Below, in pieces: positions 62,960 through 64,000 of a stretch of DNA of 64,000 nucleotides; positions within the stretch are counted from its first letter, which is position 1; every line of letters starts with the position of its first letter. A model generated the notes under the pieces. It did not search any database. It had not been told where the DNA came from and was given only the letters and a program-made list of their open reading frames with translations. The stretch covers positions 2,542,001 to 2,606,000 of the forward strand of contig NC_043000.1 in assembly GCF_006345805.1 (NCBI RefSeq), written 5' to 3'. The translations under genes and the position numbers were made by a program. This DNA comes from Octopus sinensis. Taxonomy: Eukaryota.

Positions 62960-63530
62960 GATCTATATTAGACCCTGCAATATACTGTTTAGCTGGAAGA
63001 CCCTACATCTGGCAACAAGACCCTACATCTGGCAACAAGACCCTACATCTGGCAACAAGACCCTACATCTGGCAACAAGACCCTACATCTGGCAACAAAA
63101 CTATGCACCATGCCACACAAGTAGGAGAACCCAGTTATGGCTGTCAGACAATTTCTGCAACCTCATCACCCTTAACATCAGGCCACCTAACTCCCTAGAC
63201 TGCAACCCCCTTGATTATTATGTGTGGGGCACAGTTGAGAGAGACACCAACAAAACTCCTTGTAATACCAAAGATGAACTGAAGGCAAGGATTATGGCAG
63301 CTTAATCACCAACTTAAACAAGGGGACTGTCCAGAAGAGTTGCAGGAGATTTCAAAGTCATCTGGAAGTCGTAGTTGAAGCCAATGGTGTTTATATTGAA
63401 GAAATTTACTCTTTAGTATTTCAAGATATTTTTGTGTAATTTTGGTAAATATATCTGTTAAAATGAGATATCAGTGTTATTTTCATTTTTCTGTAATTTA
63501 GATTGCAGTTTATTCACTGCACCCTTTATA
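62960..63530 (+). mobile_element. maT (DD37D) Tc1/mariner transposase 3' remnant with right end
   Basis: WQQ(D/N)..APCH...PPNSLDCNPLDYYVWG with 37 residues between the second and third catalytic positions; ends CACTGCACCCT. Confidence 0.85.
62999..63098 (+). repeat. 20-bp perfect tandem repeat x5 inside the maT transposase
   Basis: GACCCTACATCTGGCAACAA x5. Confidence 0.97.
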
Positions 63531-63604
63531 TATGTTTGCATGTATACATATATAGACATACACACATATATACACATCTATCTATCTCTCTCTCTCTCTC
63601 TTTC

Positions 63605-63636
<32 letters not shown>

Positions 63637-63708
63637 ATATATATATTTGTGTATGTATATATATTATGTATGTATATATATTTATGTATGTATATATATT
63701 TATGTATG

Positions 63709-63779
<71 letters not shown>

Positions 63780-63785
63780 GTATAT

Positions 63786-64000
63786 TTGAGGGGGCACTGA
63801 AAAGTTCCTGGTTTGAGGTAAAATAAAATACAGGAGGATTAGTTAATTATGATTTTATTTATTTTTATTCAACATCGTCCCCTCTCAGACTTATGGCATT
63901 GGTCCTTTAGTTTTTATGTTCAGTTATAATAAAAACAGTTTTACATCGATCTAATGGGTTACTCCATAATTTTGTAAGATTACAAATTTATTATTCTTAA
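63786..64000. mobile_element. mariner-like element end, cut by the window edge
   Basis: GAGGGGGCACTGAAAAGTTCCTGG is a typical mariner TIR start; it lies next to a (TA)n tract. Confidence 0.6.

Overview
This is repeat-saturated, AT-rich animal DNA with no recognisable host protein-coding gene. The SINE/LINE sequences and very high microsatellite load look like an Octopus genome, which is an inference from sequence recognition and not a database search. Decayed or truncated transposons dominate: a piggyBac half with its TTAA-CCCTT end, a 3.3-kb RTE LINE plus many 3' tails, CR1, BovB-type RTE, R4-type and Penelope-like fragments, mariner and maT remnants, two non-autonomous Helitrons and palindromic MITEs. 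At least four tRNA-derived SINE families are present, labelled here SINE-A, -B, -D and -E. Nearly all ORFs in the supplied track are microsatellite artefacts. The most interesting signals are: (1) a minimal type I hammerhead ribozyme fold at 6-66 plus decayed relatives; (2) SINE-B head-less 184-bp multimers joined at an invariant junction at four loci, one enclosed by a single TSD; (3) a SINE-B tail shared with an element carrying a hammerhead-like core; (4) modular, copy-number-variable RTE 3' UTRs; (5) a weak model of a large minus-strand transcript with non-coding exons. None of these is shown to be a new system; all are testable hypotheses.
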